Assembly: GCF_036321535.1 (NCBI RefSeq)
Contig: NC_087436.1
Location: forward strand, 8,618,001-8,682,000
Source: Camelus dromedarius
Lineage: Eukaryota
Direction: 5' to 3'
Length of the DNA: 64,000 bases
Each line of letters starts with the position of its first letter. Within the stretch, counting starts at the first letter, position 1. The position numbers and the translations under genes are program-made. This document shows positions 14,740 to 27,084 of this stretch, in pieces. Below the pieces are notes generated by a model, which saw only the letters and a program-made list of their open reading frames with translations, was not told where the DNA came from and made no database searches.

Positions 14740-17404
14740 GGTAATGTTAATAAAGCAAAGCATGTGAGACCTTTACCATACACTGAGGCAACTCTGTGAT
14801 ACCATGTAGACTTCTTACTTTATCTCCCTGATCTGTAGTTCAGTGATTTCTTTAATTCAGCAAATGTTTCATCTATTTTTAAATAATTATAAACTCTTTG
14901 GTACATAGTGTATGTCTGCTACCTGCCCTACTTAATTTAGATGTAGATTAAGAAACGAAAGTACTTTTTAAAGGATCAGATTTACCCTATTTTTATTAGA
15001 GTTCCCTAGGGAAAATAAAATAGCACTCATTGTAGGAATTTAGTTTATATCAAGAGTTTTAGAAGCAAAAAGACCAAGTCCCCAGATTTTGGAGAATAAG
15101 TATTTTCCTAAGATAATGTTTGTAAATAGAATCCTACATAGAGGTCTTACATACCAGTTTTCATACTGGCAGATTTGGGGGTCTCTTTCTACACTTTAAA
15201 TTTTGAATAAATTTAAGGTCTTACAAAAATTTCATCTAAGTCATATATTTTTTTTTCCACATTGCATATTTGGGTGTGTGACCTCTTGGAAATTCATTTC
15301 ACTTACCCTATAAACCTACACTATTGGGTGCAGGATGCTACCAGTTAGACGTCTGGAATGCCATGGGGTTAACTGAGGTCTGTAACTGGGGAGCAGCCCC
15401 AAATGACTGCACACTCGCTCGTTTTGTTTCCTCTGCCCTGCCTTGTTCCAACATGCTCAGACTGACCCCTCGTAGTCCTTCCTTCTCTGATCCTCCCCTG
15501 AGTAGCTCCCTCGTCCAGGTATACTGAATTGCACCAGCACGTCTATTCAGCCTAACTATACCTCACATAGTCAGTGAGAGCACGTTTCTTTAATAGATAA
15601 ATCATTATATTGAAACCATGGTAGTTTAAAAAGCCAACCCATTGTGGTTGAAAACGTTTCCCTTCTAAAAACATCTCTTTTTCATTTTTATTTCCACTGA
15701 AAACAGCTTGAGAAGTCAAGCCTGAGAATCATCATAAAAGTTTATTGATTTGCCAAGAACATGTTTATTCAACTTAAGCTGTATTCATGTGTGCTAAATA
15801 TATTCCTAGTTCATTAAAAAGTCACCAGTTTTGCCCATTTGTAATGTGTCCATCTGTTCTTACGATTCAGAGGAAAATGTATCTGATCATGATTACGACT
15901 TCTTTGATGTTTATACAGAGTGAAACTCTGTCTAATAATGTATATATGTTTTAAGTGACACCAGATTGTTTTGACATGTCTTACTGTTGTTTTATAAATA
16001 TTTTACAGTACTCATATTTTAATACATGCAGTCTTTATCAGTTAATTATGCATTTTAATTCCAAAGCACACAACATTATGATGACATATTTCTGAACAGG
16101 AAAAGAAGTGGCAAGAACAAAATTCAAGTTATATTTTTCATAAAATAAAATATAATGGTTATCAGCTGTTATTTATAATCATAGTGCATACAGAAATATA
16201 AACTTCATACCCAAGGGATGAAACTTACCAAAATTATTAGTTTTTATCAAAAAAATGATCTGTATCAGTAAGTTTCCATGTAAACGTTAACTGAAGGTTG
16301 ACATGGGCTACGTATCAATGACTTGGAAATTAACATTACTGGCTGTCGAAACTTATGAGCATAAGCCAGTTGTAATGTGGTGTCTATTTTTCAGTTGTGT
16401 CAGTTATGTACTATGCTTGATGATTATTACAAAGCTCTTAACATTTTTTAATGAACGTGCCTCTACCTTCCTTCAGCTGCTTCACAGTTCTGCTCCACAG
16501 TCAGTCTGAATGTGTTTGAACCTGACAACTACTCTAAACCTAGACTATTTGCAAAGTTTCTTGAAGTACCTCCTGCCCTTCCTCCTTTGGATACTTTTAT
16601 TAGGTTACTTTACCATATTCTGGACACAGCAGGTCAGTGGGATTCCACTGTATTTTTGCACTGATGACATTTCTCAACTGTATTTTCCTCTAAAACTCAC
16701 TTAATCCATCCAAATCACTTCCATAACTAAAAGTCTACCTTCTTGCCTTTTCAAATGTGAACTATACATCAGCGTTTTTACAAAGTACAAACTACTTTGC
16801 AGGTTACAAATTATTGAAAAAAATACCGATATCATTATGCAAGTTTAGTTTCCCTTTGCATTTTATTGTTTTTAGTGGGAATATAACTCTTCAGTGTTTA
16901 TGAAATAGTAATGCCAACACACAGGTATAAATATATGTTAAAATAATAATATAAAATGAACAATTATGTATCAACCACTGTGCTATGAAATAAAACTTTA
17001 CTATACCTCCAGAAATATCTGAGTTCCTCTCTTTTCCACCCAAAATATTAGGTATATTTTGCCATCTTTTTTGTTGTACATATTTTGTTCCTCCCTTATC
17101 ATTTAGGTTTTAGCAGCAGAATTTATAATTTGAATATATTATGCAGAAGTTATTTTTCACCTGCTGCTATAATTTATACACATATACATTTGTTTAGAAT
17201 GTACTAGGCACAGAATGACATAAATTACCTGATACTGAAGATAGTCGTAATTGAAGACGCATGCTGATTTTCACTTTGGGGCATTCATTAGCTTTATTTA
17301 TAAAGAAAGCAGTGACATATTTGTATATGTTCATTGTAACTATCAAGTTTCCATGTCCTAACCCTTTTTTTGTTTTGGATAGGGGAGACTATAACAAAGA
17401 GAGA

Positions 17405-17640
17405 AACTCTGTTCTCTGGGTTCAGTCTGCTCAGAGGCAAATCACAGCTATGTAACTTATTGTTAGACCGTGGGAAAGTTATTCAGTCTGTGTCATAATT
17501 TCTCCATCTCAAATTGGGGGATAACAATTAGACTTGTGCAGCTGTTGTAAGAAGTAAATGAGATGGAGAACGTAAAACATGGAGCAGAGTGACTGGCACA
17601 TATGAAGAGTTCAAGAAATAGCAACTGTCAGTATTTTTAT
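17405..17640 (+). mobile_element. MIR SINE
   Basis: tttctccatctcaaattggggataacaatt..gctgttgtaagaagtaaatgagat..ctggcacat, MIR core and 3' end. Confidence 0.7.
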
Positions 17641-17819
17641 GACTGACATTATCTCCTCTTTGAAACATCAGTGGGAAAAAAATATGGTGATATCACCAGA
17701 ACATGATTCCTGTCCTCATGACTTCCTGAAATCTACACTGTGAGATGCACGACCAGCACATTTCAGTTTTCTGTGCGATCAAGTTCATGAATTCACGAGC
17801 CTGCTAAAAATGCAACTGG

Positions 17820-18336
17820 ATTTTCTAGCTAGGCAGTTCTCGTAGTCGATCCTTTCCAGGGATCTGCAAAGTCATAGTTACTTCCATAATAATGCTGAGG
17901 TGTCATTTGCATTTTTCTCTCTCAGTCTCACAAATTAGATTCTTCCAAATGTCGAGGGAAGTTCTCGGCAGGCTCCATGACATATGATGTTGTGAGTTAT
18001 ATCACAACATTTCAGTACAGAAGCAGATATAGGAACCCAGCGTGTTTTATTCAGCCAGCTATTAAAAGGATTTGCAAAATCCACAGCAGTGTGTTGCCTC
18101 ATGGTTTTTGTTAATATTACTTAAAAATAATCTGTTATTTATGGCTGCATATAATGGGTTTTTATGATTATTTTTAATAAATTAGTAAATACATATTTTA
18201 ATTTTTCTGCTTCAATTTCTAATATGGTAAATATAGAGTCCACGGAAATAACCTACATAAACCAGAGTTCTGTGACTTGTTGATAAATTTGAAGAGTGTA
18301 AAAAGCTTCTGAGTCCCCAAAAGTCTGATAACCCTG
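17820..18336 (+). mobile_element. hAT-Charlie non-autonomous DNA transposon (Charlie1-like)
   Basis: cagaagcagatataggaacccag..tattcagccagctattaaaaggatttgcaaaa, and terminus gagtgtaaaaagcttctgagtccccaaaagtctgataaccctg. Confidence 0.75.
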
Positions 18337-19438
18337 TAGAATTCAATTACAATTCTCTCCTCATTAATGCTTTATACGGCAGTTTGTTACAAAAGCTCTT
18401 GATTGAGTAAAAGCTTTGTCACTTGAGTCACAGTGACAATTGGGACTGTGTGCTGTTTTGTCTTTTTTCATCCCCTGGTGAAGACAGACACAAGTACTTT
18501 GTCTTTCCCAGGTCGATTGTTAACCTAACGAAGTACAGTGGCACAAGAAAGTGATCCATAATTTGTTTGTTTCTTGTGAACTTTTTTCTGCTTTGTTTTC
18601 CTTTCTATATAGAGAGGGCATATGCAAGAATCACTCACAGCCTCACAAGAGAGAAGTATTACCCAGAAGATTTTTTTGATCGATACTGCGTCTTTAACTG
18701 CCTGAAAGACTGAGAAAAAGAAAATGCTCAGGATAATAGTGTATGAGAAATACAATTGTATTATGTACTATATAATACAAATATTCTATAATTTCATAAT
18801 TTATATCAACAATAAAACATCCAATGTATGAATTATTGGATGAATATTTAAGTCAATAACAAAAGTATTCTGTGGTGATGTTTGTCTTCCTCTGACTTTA
18901 AATTACTGTGATGTTAGCATTTAAATTATGATCAGTAGCAAATTATAATCCTACTATGCAGTGATTTGGTAACTAATGAAAGATAACTTAATAAGTTTGG
19001 TGTTAAATAAAGTCCTTCATTGTTTGATATAATATTAGTCTTTTCCCTTTCAAGTGATCCTAAACTTACTTTTTTTTTTTTTTTAATATAGAAGAACTCT
19101 TTTTTTAGCTAAAGAAAAATATAGGCAAAAATAGATGGTCTACATAGCATTTCTCACTTTGAATAACTCAGCAGGGAGAGATTTGGGATGAAGTTCCCAC
19201 TTTTCTTCCTTGAGCTGAAATGTTTTCACACACAGAGCAAGACCACACCATCACACCTCAGTGAGCCCTTTCATTATGTTCAACTAAAGCAAGACTGACC
19301 TATTCTTTCATTCTTGCTAGAAGTTCTTTTAGGAGAAATTATGTCAAGTTCTTTATTAGGAACTATTAATTTAGGAGGTAGGTATTATCTGAGCACCACA
19401 CATATTGGTCAGAGTGATGTCATCTAAAACTAGTCCTT

Positions 19439-19726
19439 TAGACACAGAAAGCAAACTGGTTACCAAAGGGGAAAGGGTGGGGGAGGGGTAAATTAGGAGT
19501 CTGGAATTAACATATACACACTACTGTATATAAAATAGGTAAACAAGAAGAGCCTACTATCTAGCACAAGGAACTATATTCAGTTTCTTATAATAGGTCA
19601 TAATGGAAAAGAATATGAAAATATATGTATATATGTATGTATGTGTATAACTGAATCACTTTGCCATACATCTAAAACCAATATTATAAATCAACTACAC
19701 TTTAATAGAAAATAAAACTTTAAAAA
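19439..19726 (+). mobile_element. 5'-truncated L1 3' UTR with TSD
   Basis: gacacagaaagcaaactggttaccaaaggggaaag..ctagcacaaggaactatattca, A-rich tail, flanked on both sides by agtccttt. Confidence 0.9.
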
Positions 19727-19870
19727 AGTCCTTTTGAGTTGGAATACAATTTTCTGAACTTCCAAAGTTATGTTTTAAAAAACTGCATGATTAATTTCAC
19801 AATTAATATCAAAATAGCAAAGTTTATAAATAATAGAGTATTTGTTTGCTATGTAATTAATATTAGGTGA

Positions 19871-20065
19871 GGGGAGGGTATAGCTCAGTGGAAGAGTGCG
19901 TGCTTAGCATGCACGAGGTCCTGGGTTCAATCCCCAGTACCACCATTAAAAACAAATAAAAATAAATAAACCTAATTACATCCCCCCCAAAACAACAAAA
20001 AAAGTAAATACATAAAATAAATAAACCTAATTATCTCCCCCCCAAATAAATAAAATTTTAAAAAA
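19871..20065 (+). mobile_element. Vic-1-type SINE with duplicated tail module
   Basis: ggggagggtatagctcagtggaagagtgcgtgcttagcatgcacgaggtcctgggttcaatccccagtacc, flanked by aggtga. Confidence 0.93.
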
Positions 20066-23000
20066 TGAGGTGACTCATATGTATAATTATGTATATGTGC
20101 ATATGTGTGTGTAGACACATGTATCTGCAAATATATATCTCTTAACAGATTCCTTCTTCTATTAGAAAATATTTTTTATGTAATAAAGCATGAAAATTTG
20201 AAATTGGCATTCATTTTTAGCAGAGAAGTTAGCAAACCTGCGAGTGAAAAAACTGACAGCTTGGTCACAATATCCTCGGCATCATGTTTATCTATTAGAA
20301 GGCCTGGTCTCTGCCTCACCCAGTGCTATGACTCTCTAAGTCTCATGAATTTAGACGGCTTACTCTCTGAAAACTCCCTTTTTTCATTATAAATAATCCT
20401 CCAATATTGCAGTGATACAGTAATCTGGTCCCAAGAATCTTAGCACTTTTTTTTCCCTAAAAATAACTATACAAGAGGCTTATGTAAGTCATTCTTCTTT
20501 ATTTCCCATCCTCCCCTGCAGGCCAACAAAACGTGAAAAATCTCAGGCTGAAGGAGTTAGCAGTTGATCTGCTTTCTATATCCTGTTGTCCCCACTTTGG
20601 TGGCAATAGATGACAAAGCTAATCAGATAATGATGTAACACGTAAACTCTGTTGCAAGATTTCACTGCCATGTCTGTTTGTATCTTATGTTGTTTGGTGT
20701 TAATTAGTCCAACTAATACAGTAATTTATTTTAACCATTTCTCTAACATACGTGTGTAAATAGATTCATCAATATTTACAAAGAATAGAAGAGACTGAAT
20801 TTTTATAAATTTGAAGAATTTTTTTTGCTATCAAATCATTAGATGTCATAGCAAGCCAATATTTCTCAAACTAGCTTCAGTTCAGTATTGAGTATATAGA
20901 TATTATCAAAGTATTTGTGTGTGATAATAAAATTAGAAATACTATGTTAATAAAAAACCACCCTACATCTCTTCTTGGAGTTTGAAATTAGTATATTGAA
21001 AAGTTCAGCTTAATCCTGCAGTGAGTAAAATGGTTTAAATTCCTTTAATTCAGTGCTTATGCAAACCAAAACACTTATTATTGTCAGAATGTATAACATA
21101 GACCCAAACTGTTGTCTACTAAGTGTTAGAAAATGCTGCATTAGGTTATAGTCGACTACAAGGTCATAAAAATATTGTAGAAGAGACCCAGTCATACTGA
21201 ATCTTTTAATATGTATCTTGAAATCATACATGTAGTAAAATTAGTTGTCAGTAAGAAAGCTTTAGCCTTTAACTTACTAGATGGAAAACTTTTCAGAGCA
21301 AACACTAGATCTTATGTTTATATCTCCAGTGCTTTGAAAATGCTCTACATTTGACAGGCTTTTTGAAATACTTGTCAATAAGTGAGTGAGGTGCTTCCTC
21401 TCTTTAAAAACATTGTCTTTCTGCACTCCTGCACACTTCAGTAACGGCTGGAAAAGAACTGAAAGGTGAACCCAGAGAAATAGAGGACACTGTGTGTCAA
21501 GCTCAAATATCCATGCGATCAGTAAGATAACACATACTATTTTCAGTAAAATTGATTTAGACTACAAAGTCCTGGCTAAGCTAGATTCCAATGTATATGT
21601 TTAAAATTTTTTTCAGTTCAACAAAATTCTATAGATCTAAGTAAATGTAAGTCAAATGACATTATGAGAGGCATTATCATTTTCAACTCTCTTTCCATTA
21701 CTATTAATCTTAAAATGCTTGAAATTCGTCAGTTGATTCTCTCAGGGATAAATTTCTCCTGGCCATAGTCAAAAGGCAAGTACACAAACAGAAATCACTG
21801 CCAAAGTGGAAATAAAAATGGATCTCAGAAATATGTAGTTCCTATCTGTTATTATTCTATTATCTTTTAAAAATAGAGGTAGAATTTGCTTTGGAAGATT
21901 CAGCAATTATTTTAATAATTTTCTGTGAAATAAGCATGCACACGGTTGGGGTTCAGTGACCCCTCAAAGCTGGTCCATTCCCTCTGGCCCACCACGTCTA
22001 TTCCTACATGCAATTATTGCTAACTGCAGTGACTTGCCAATTACTGTGACATTATAAAAAGTAATTTGCAGATTCTGATGAATCTGAGTCAAGTATATTA
22101 TTTTTTCGAATATATTATTTTAAATCTTGTTTATTTCAAAAAAACAACAAAGTGCTCTGATAACTGTACATGACATAAAAGTTTAAAAAATTTTTACCCC
22201 CAATCAGTTCTTGTCTGTTTTAAAATTATCTGCAAAAGCTACTAAATAGCTATGATTTCTCAAGCATATTTTGTGTCAAACAAAATAGTGAAGAGAAAGC
22301 ACTTCGCTGATTGAAGAACAGTTATGAGATCATATATTTTCAAAGTCTAACAGAAGACAAATTTAAATAGATAAAAATGATTTCATATAACAAATCTCAG
22401 TGTGATGTTAATTAATCCAGAGGTCTCCTATAACTTTCAAGGGGAGCTAGAAGAATATTATAGAATTATTACATGTTAATAATTCTTATAATCTAATGAT
22501 GTTAATAGCTGTTATCAATGGCAAATTAGAAGGAAGAGTTGTTTCCCACATTTTAAGGAGATTTACATACCACAAATTTGCAAAGAGAGCCCCCAACCAT
22601 TTCAAGTATTGTTTTAGAAAAGTCTGGCTTAGAGAGGTAAAAGGACTAATACAACTTCTCCCAGCAATTAACCAGCAAAGCCAGATCTGTGGGACGTGAT
22701 CTCTGACTACATAGGTTTCATTCCTTCTATTTATAATGATAAAATGAAATCAATTTTTTAAGTGCCCAGAGAAATATTTGCTTGATCTCAAGATGAAAGT
22801 ATCAAGAAACGTTATCTAACGGATGTGTTAATCACATCACATCAGTTCCAATAATGACCGAATTTGTACGTTCAGATGTGAACTATCCAAGTGGAATAAA
22901 ATGAGAAGGAACAGTTACACCAGAAGCTCTTGAGTAAACTGGAGTTTAAAGGAAACTTGACAAAAGATTTGAGGAGCTACAAATACCAAGGACAAAAAAA

Positions 23001-23319
23001 AAAAAAAAAAAATAGTGTCATGCTCATCACTGAGAACACAACGGAAGTGGCTGGATTCCCGAGGTTTTTGAAGCTCATGAGGCATTGCCATCAAAGATAG
23101 CAGTGACTCCCCTTCATATAGGAAACAACAACTGGGGAAGAGGAAGTCTTTGTAGGATTGATCGCGAAGGCGATTATTTTGGCCATTGCTTCCCAGGAGT
23201 GTAATGATGACTTATACACAACTTTCTCCTAAGAATTGCACTAAACCACTTGGGGTACTTAAATACCTGGTCAAACACATTCTTCCTGGCCTTCATGACT
23301 GGCTAAGAAAAGCAAAAGC

Positions 23320-23520
23320 AATAATAAATGACCGTGGGTACCATTTCCTGAGCGTAGACTTTATGTACGGAGTTTTTCTAAAAACCCTTTTGAGTATTAA
23401 CAAGTATCCTTATTTTTGAGATAAGGAAACTGTCACAGAAGGAGGCCCTAGGTTACACAGTGGTGCAGACCGGATTTGAATCCAGGTTCTTCAAGCTTAT
23501 AAACTTAATTAATTTACTAT
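23320..23520 (-). mobile_element. MIR SINE
   Basis: tttttgagataaggaaactg..cacagtggtgcagaccggatttgaatccagg. Confidence 0.65.
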
Positions 23521-23883
23521 ATTCTCTTCAAATGGCAATGTTCTTTTACAATTTTTCTTTTTCTGATCTAAATCAGGGGTTAGTGTGTAAATTATGTTTA
23601 AGTTTGCTTTCATTCCTTTGACTCATTTGAATTTTATAGTCTTAAAAGCATTTCAATATATTGCAGTGTTTCTGCCTGATTGTATGTCAATAACAAATCA
23701 AGATGATGAGGAGTGATACATATGTTTAATGGTAGCAGGTTTACAGAAGAAAATTGATTTATGATTAAATAAAATGCTGAGTCAAAATAAAATGAATAAG
23801 GCAATGATCAGAACTGAGAGTTGACAAACATAAAGATTAAACAGAATAATCAGAACAATATAAAAAATAATGGAATTTAGTAC

Positions 23884-23910
23884 CTTCTTCTCTCCATAAT
23901 ATGTTAGCTA
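23884..23910 (-). CDS. FSTL5: FSTL5 27-nt microexon (probably exon 11), LANILWREE(G)
   Basis: Minus strand reads catgctgcag|TAGCTAACATATTATGGAGAGAAGAAG|gtacta after a long pyrimidine tract. Junction codons T|TA = Leu and G|GT = Gly keep the frame, and the peptide matches the recalled FSTL5 linker. Confidence 0.93.
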
Positions 23911-24566
23911 CTGCAGCATGTTGAAGAGAAAAAGGAGAAAAAGAAAAATGAGTAAATTCATTTGCAGAGTAATACAGATAACTATTAAAGCAGTCACAGT
24001 CTCCAGGTTATAACACTCACATAAGTGTAGTAATGGTGAATTTAACTAACTATATTAATAAAACAGTAAAATACTACGAGTAGATATTACTGCTCTGTTC
24101 ATGTCTTGAAATAGCCAATTCTATGGAATAAAGATTTTGCTAATAAACAAAAAACATTCTGTTATTACTGAAAAGAATGGGATATTAAAGTTAATTTTAT
24201 TAACATATAACTTTAGGATATGCACTAAAACTGCTTATTTGACAGCATGGTTAAGAGTTACTAACTGAAAAAGTTATATTTTTTAAATTCTCAAGAATCA
24301 TAATATGTAATATGTCTACACCACATGGAATATTTTGGAGCAAGAAGAGTTCATCTCAATACAGGACTTTGAATGCAGAAGTAGCTTAATTTTAAGTAGT
24401 ATATGTTTTCACTTTTTAAATCAGACAGAATAAAATATACCTGAGTATATCCTGTTTATTTTAATGCACACTAATGGCTCATGTTAAATTATTTCTGGGC
24501 AACAGACAATATGTTTGTTAAATATTGCATATTGACTAAATCAATAAAATATTAAGACAGAAACAC

Positions 24567-25750
24567 TTTTTTTGTTTTTGTATTCTTTTCCATTATAGAT
24601 TACTACAAGATATTGAATATAGTTCCTTGTGCTGTACAGTGGGAACTTGTTTATCTATCTTATATATCATACTTATTATCTGCAAATCTCAAGCTCCCAA
24701 TTTATCCCTTCCCACTCCTCTCTCCTCTTGGTAACCATAAGTTTGTTGTCTATGTCTGAGTCCATTTCTGTTTTGTAAATAACCTCATTTGTCTTTTTTT
24801 TCATAGATTCCACATATAAATGATATCATATGCTATTTTCCTTTTTCTTTCTGGCTTACTTTACTTAGAATGACATTCTCCAGGTCCATCCATGTTGCTG
24901 CAAATGGCATTATTTTATTCTTTTTTATGGCTGAGTAGTATTTCATTGTGTAAATATACCACAACTTCTTTATCCAGTCATCTGTCAATGGACATTTAAG
25001 TTGTTTCCATGTCTTGGCTATTATAAATAGTGCTGCTATGAACACTGGGAGGCATGTATCTTTTTGAATTAGAGTTCCCTCCCATATATGCCCAGGAGTG
25101 GGATTGCTGAATCATATGGTAAGTCTATTTTCAGTATTTTGAGGAATCTCCATACTGTTTTCCATAATGGCTGCACCAAACTACATTCGCACCAGCATTG
25201 TAGGAGGGTTCCCTTTTCTCCACACCCTCTCCAGCTTTTATCATTTGTAGACTTTTGAATGATGGCCATTTTGACTGGAGTGAGGTGACACCACACTGTA
25301 GTTTTGATTTGCATTTCTCTGATAATTAGTGATATTGAGCATTTTTTCACGTGCCTATTGGCCATTTGTGTGTCTTCCTTGGAGAATTGCTTGTTTGGGT
25401 CTTCTGCCCATTTTTGGATTGGGTTGTTTTTTTTCTTATTAAGTTGCATGAGCTGTTTATAGATTTTGGAAATTAAGCTACTGTCAGTCTCATCTTTTGC
25501 AAATATGCTCTCCCATTCTGTAGGGCACCTTTTTGTTTTGCTTATGGTTTCCTTTGCTGTGCAAAAGCTTGTAAGTTCAATTAGGTCTCATTTGTTAATT
25601 TTTGCTTGTATTTCTCTTGCCTGGGTAGAACGCCCTAGGAGAATACTGCTGAGATTTATGTCAGATAATCTTTTGCCCATGTTTTCTTCTAAGATGTTTA
25701 TAGTGTCTTCTCTTATATTTACATCTTTAAGCCATTTTAAGTTTATTTTT
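24567..25750 (-). mobile_element. 5'-truncated L1 (ORF2 end and part of the 3' UTR), sense to FSTL5
   Basis: ORFs 25069-25449 ([27 protein letters not shown]) and 24833-25045 (MFIAALFIIAKTWKQLKCP) are L1 ORF2 C-terminal segments in different frames. Confidence 0.95.
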
Positions 25751-25789
25751 AAAAACTCCGACCATCAATGCAGAAGAAACAAGATTGCA

Positions 25790-25835
25790 GCACATGCTAA
25801 GCATGTGCTCTACCTCTGAGATATACCTTCACCCC
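25790..25835 (-). mobile_element. Vic-1 SINE 5' fragment
   Basis: Reverse complement GGGGTGAAGGTATATCTCAGAGGTAGAGCACATGCTTAGCATGTG; the B box half is absent. Confidence 0.75.
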
Positions 25836-25840
25836 AAATT

Positions 25841-25970
25841 TAAAATTATATAAACTAAAAACATAACATTAAAATATGAGGCAAAAAGTGTTAGGACTTG
25901 ATATAAAATGTGTAAATCTACAGTCATATTCTACTTCTTTAAGTTATCACCTTCAGTATCTGAAAAATGA
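25841..25970 (+). repeat. Direct repeat copy 1 (~130 bp); partner at 26425-26553
   Basis: Manual alignment gives about 21 differences in 130 nt (~84% identity). Confidence 0.92.
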
Positions 25971-25972
25971 TA

Positions 25973-26424
25973 GGACTCAGCCATAAAGAGAATTAAATAA
26001 TGTGATTTGCAGCAACATTGATGGACCTGGAGATTGTCATTCTAAATGAAGCAAGCCAGAAAAAAAAGACAGAAAAGTACCATATAATATCACTCATATG
26101 TGGAATCTAAAAAAAATGAAGACAAAAACAGAAACAAACTCAAGACATAGTAAACAAACATGGTTTCTGGAGGAATGGGAGAGGGAAGGGATAAATTAGG
26201 AGTTTCAGATTTGCAAATATTAACTACTATGTATAAAATAGATAAACGACAAGTTTCTTCTGTGTAGCACAGGAAGCTGTATTCAATATCTTGTCCTGAC
26301 ATACAATGAAAAAGAATATGAAAAGGAATATATATATGTATAGGTATGACTGAAACATTATGCTGTACACCAGAAATTGACACATTGTAAATTGACTATA
26401 CTTCAATTAAAAAAACAAATAAAA
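25973..26424 (+). mobile_element. 5'-truncated L1 3' end with A-rich tail
   Basis: actcagccataaa..gcagcaacattgatggacctggagattgtcattctaa..cagaaattgacacattgtaa..cttcaattaaaaaaa. Confidence 0.93.
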
Positions 26425-26553
26425 TAAAATTATATAAACTAAAAACATAGCATTAAAATATGAGTGAAAAACGATTTGGACTGGATACAAAATTTATAAA
26501 TCCACAATCATATTCTGCTTCTTAACTCATCACTTTCAATATTTGAAAAACGA
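26425..26553 (+). repeat. Direct repeat copy 2 (~129 bp)
   Basis: taaaattatataaactaaaaacatagcattaaaatatgag.. aligns end to end with 25841-25970. Confidence 0.92.
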
Positions 26554-26968
26554 AGGGAAAAAACACGAAGTTTCAATACAATTACCATGACTGAATTAGT
26601 GTTCTTATAATGAATGTTGTATGATACAAACAGAAAGGGCTTCATTTTCAAAGTTTCTTGAAAGATATTCAAGAGTGGTCACAAAGTAACTGGAAAAGAG
26701 GAAGTCTTTCTGTATTCTGTAGGTAGGTTCCAATAACCATAAGTTGTTTAGACATTTTCTGACAACAAGAAAGCAAATTTGAAAATGTACAACACATGTT
26801 TAAACTCACAAAGTTCTTTGACAAATTAAATATCTTTAAAAAGTCAAATATAATCATAGTCCACATAAAACAAGAAAAAGGCAAAAATGAAAAAATTCAA
26901 TATGTGGGCCCAAAGAGTTTTGGCCAAAAGATAGTGATTGATTTAATGCATTGCTGAACAAAATAGAT

Positions 26969-27051
26969 GGGAAAGAGAGAGAAGAAAAAGTAGGAGGGAG
27001 AGGAGGAGGGGGAAGAAAAAGGAGGGAGGGAGAGAGGGAAGAAAGAAGGAA
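26969..27051 (+). repeat. GA-rich purine low-complexity tract
   Basis: About 80 nt almost entirely G/A. Confidence 0.85.
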
Positions 27052-27084
27052 TGATTATACAAATTATAATTTTAATTTATGTAG

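Noticed and set aside
19871..19945. tRNA-like sequences with A/B boxes (also 7380, 8670, 35911, 38610, 54384) as tRNA genes
   Set aside because: Diverged copies with AT-rich tails and, in several cases, TSDs; these are SINEs.
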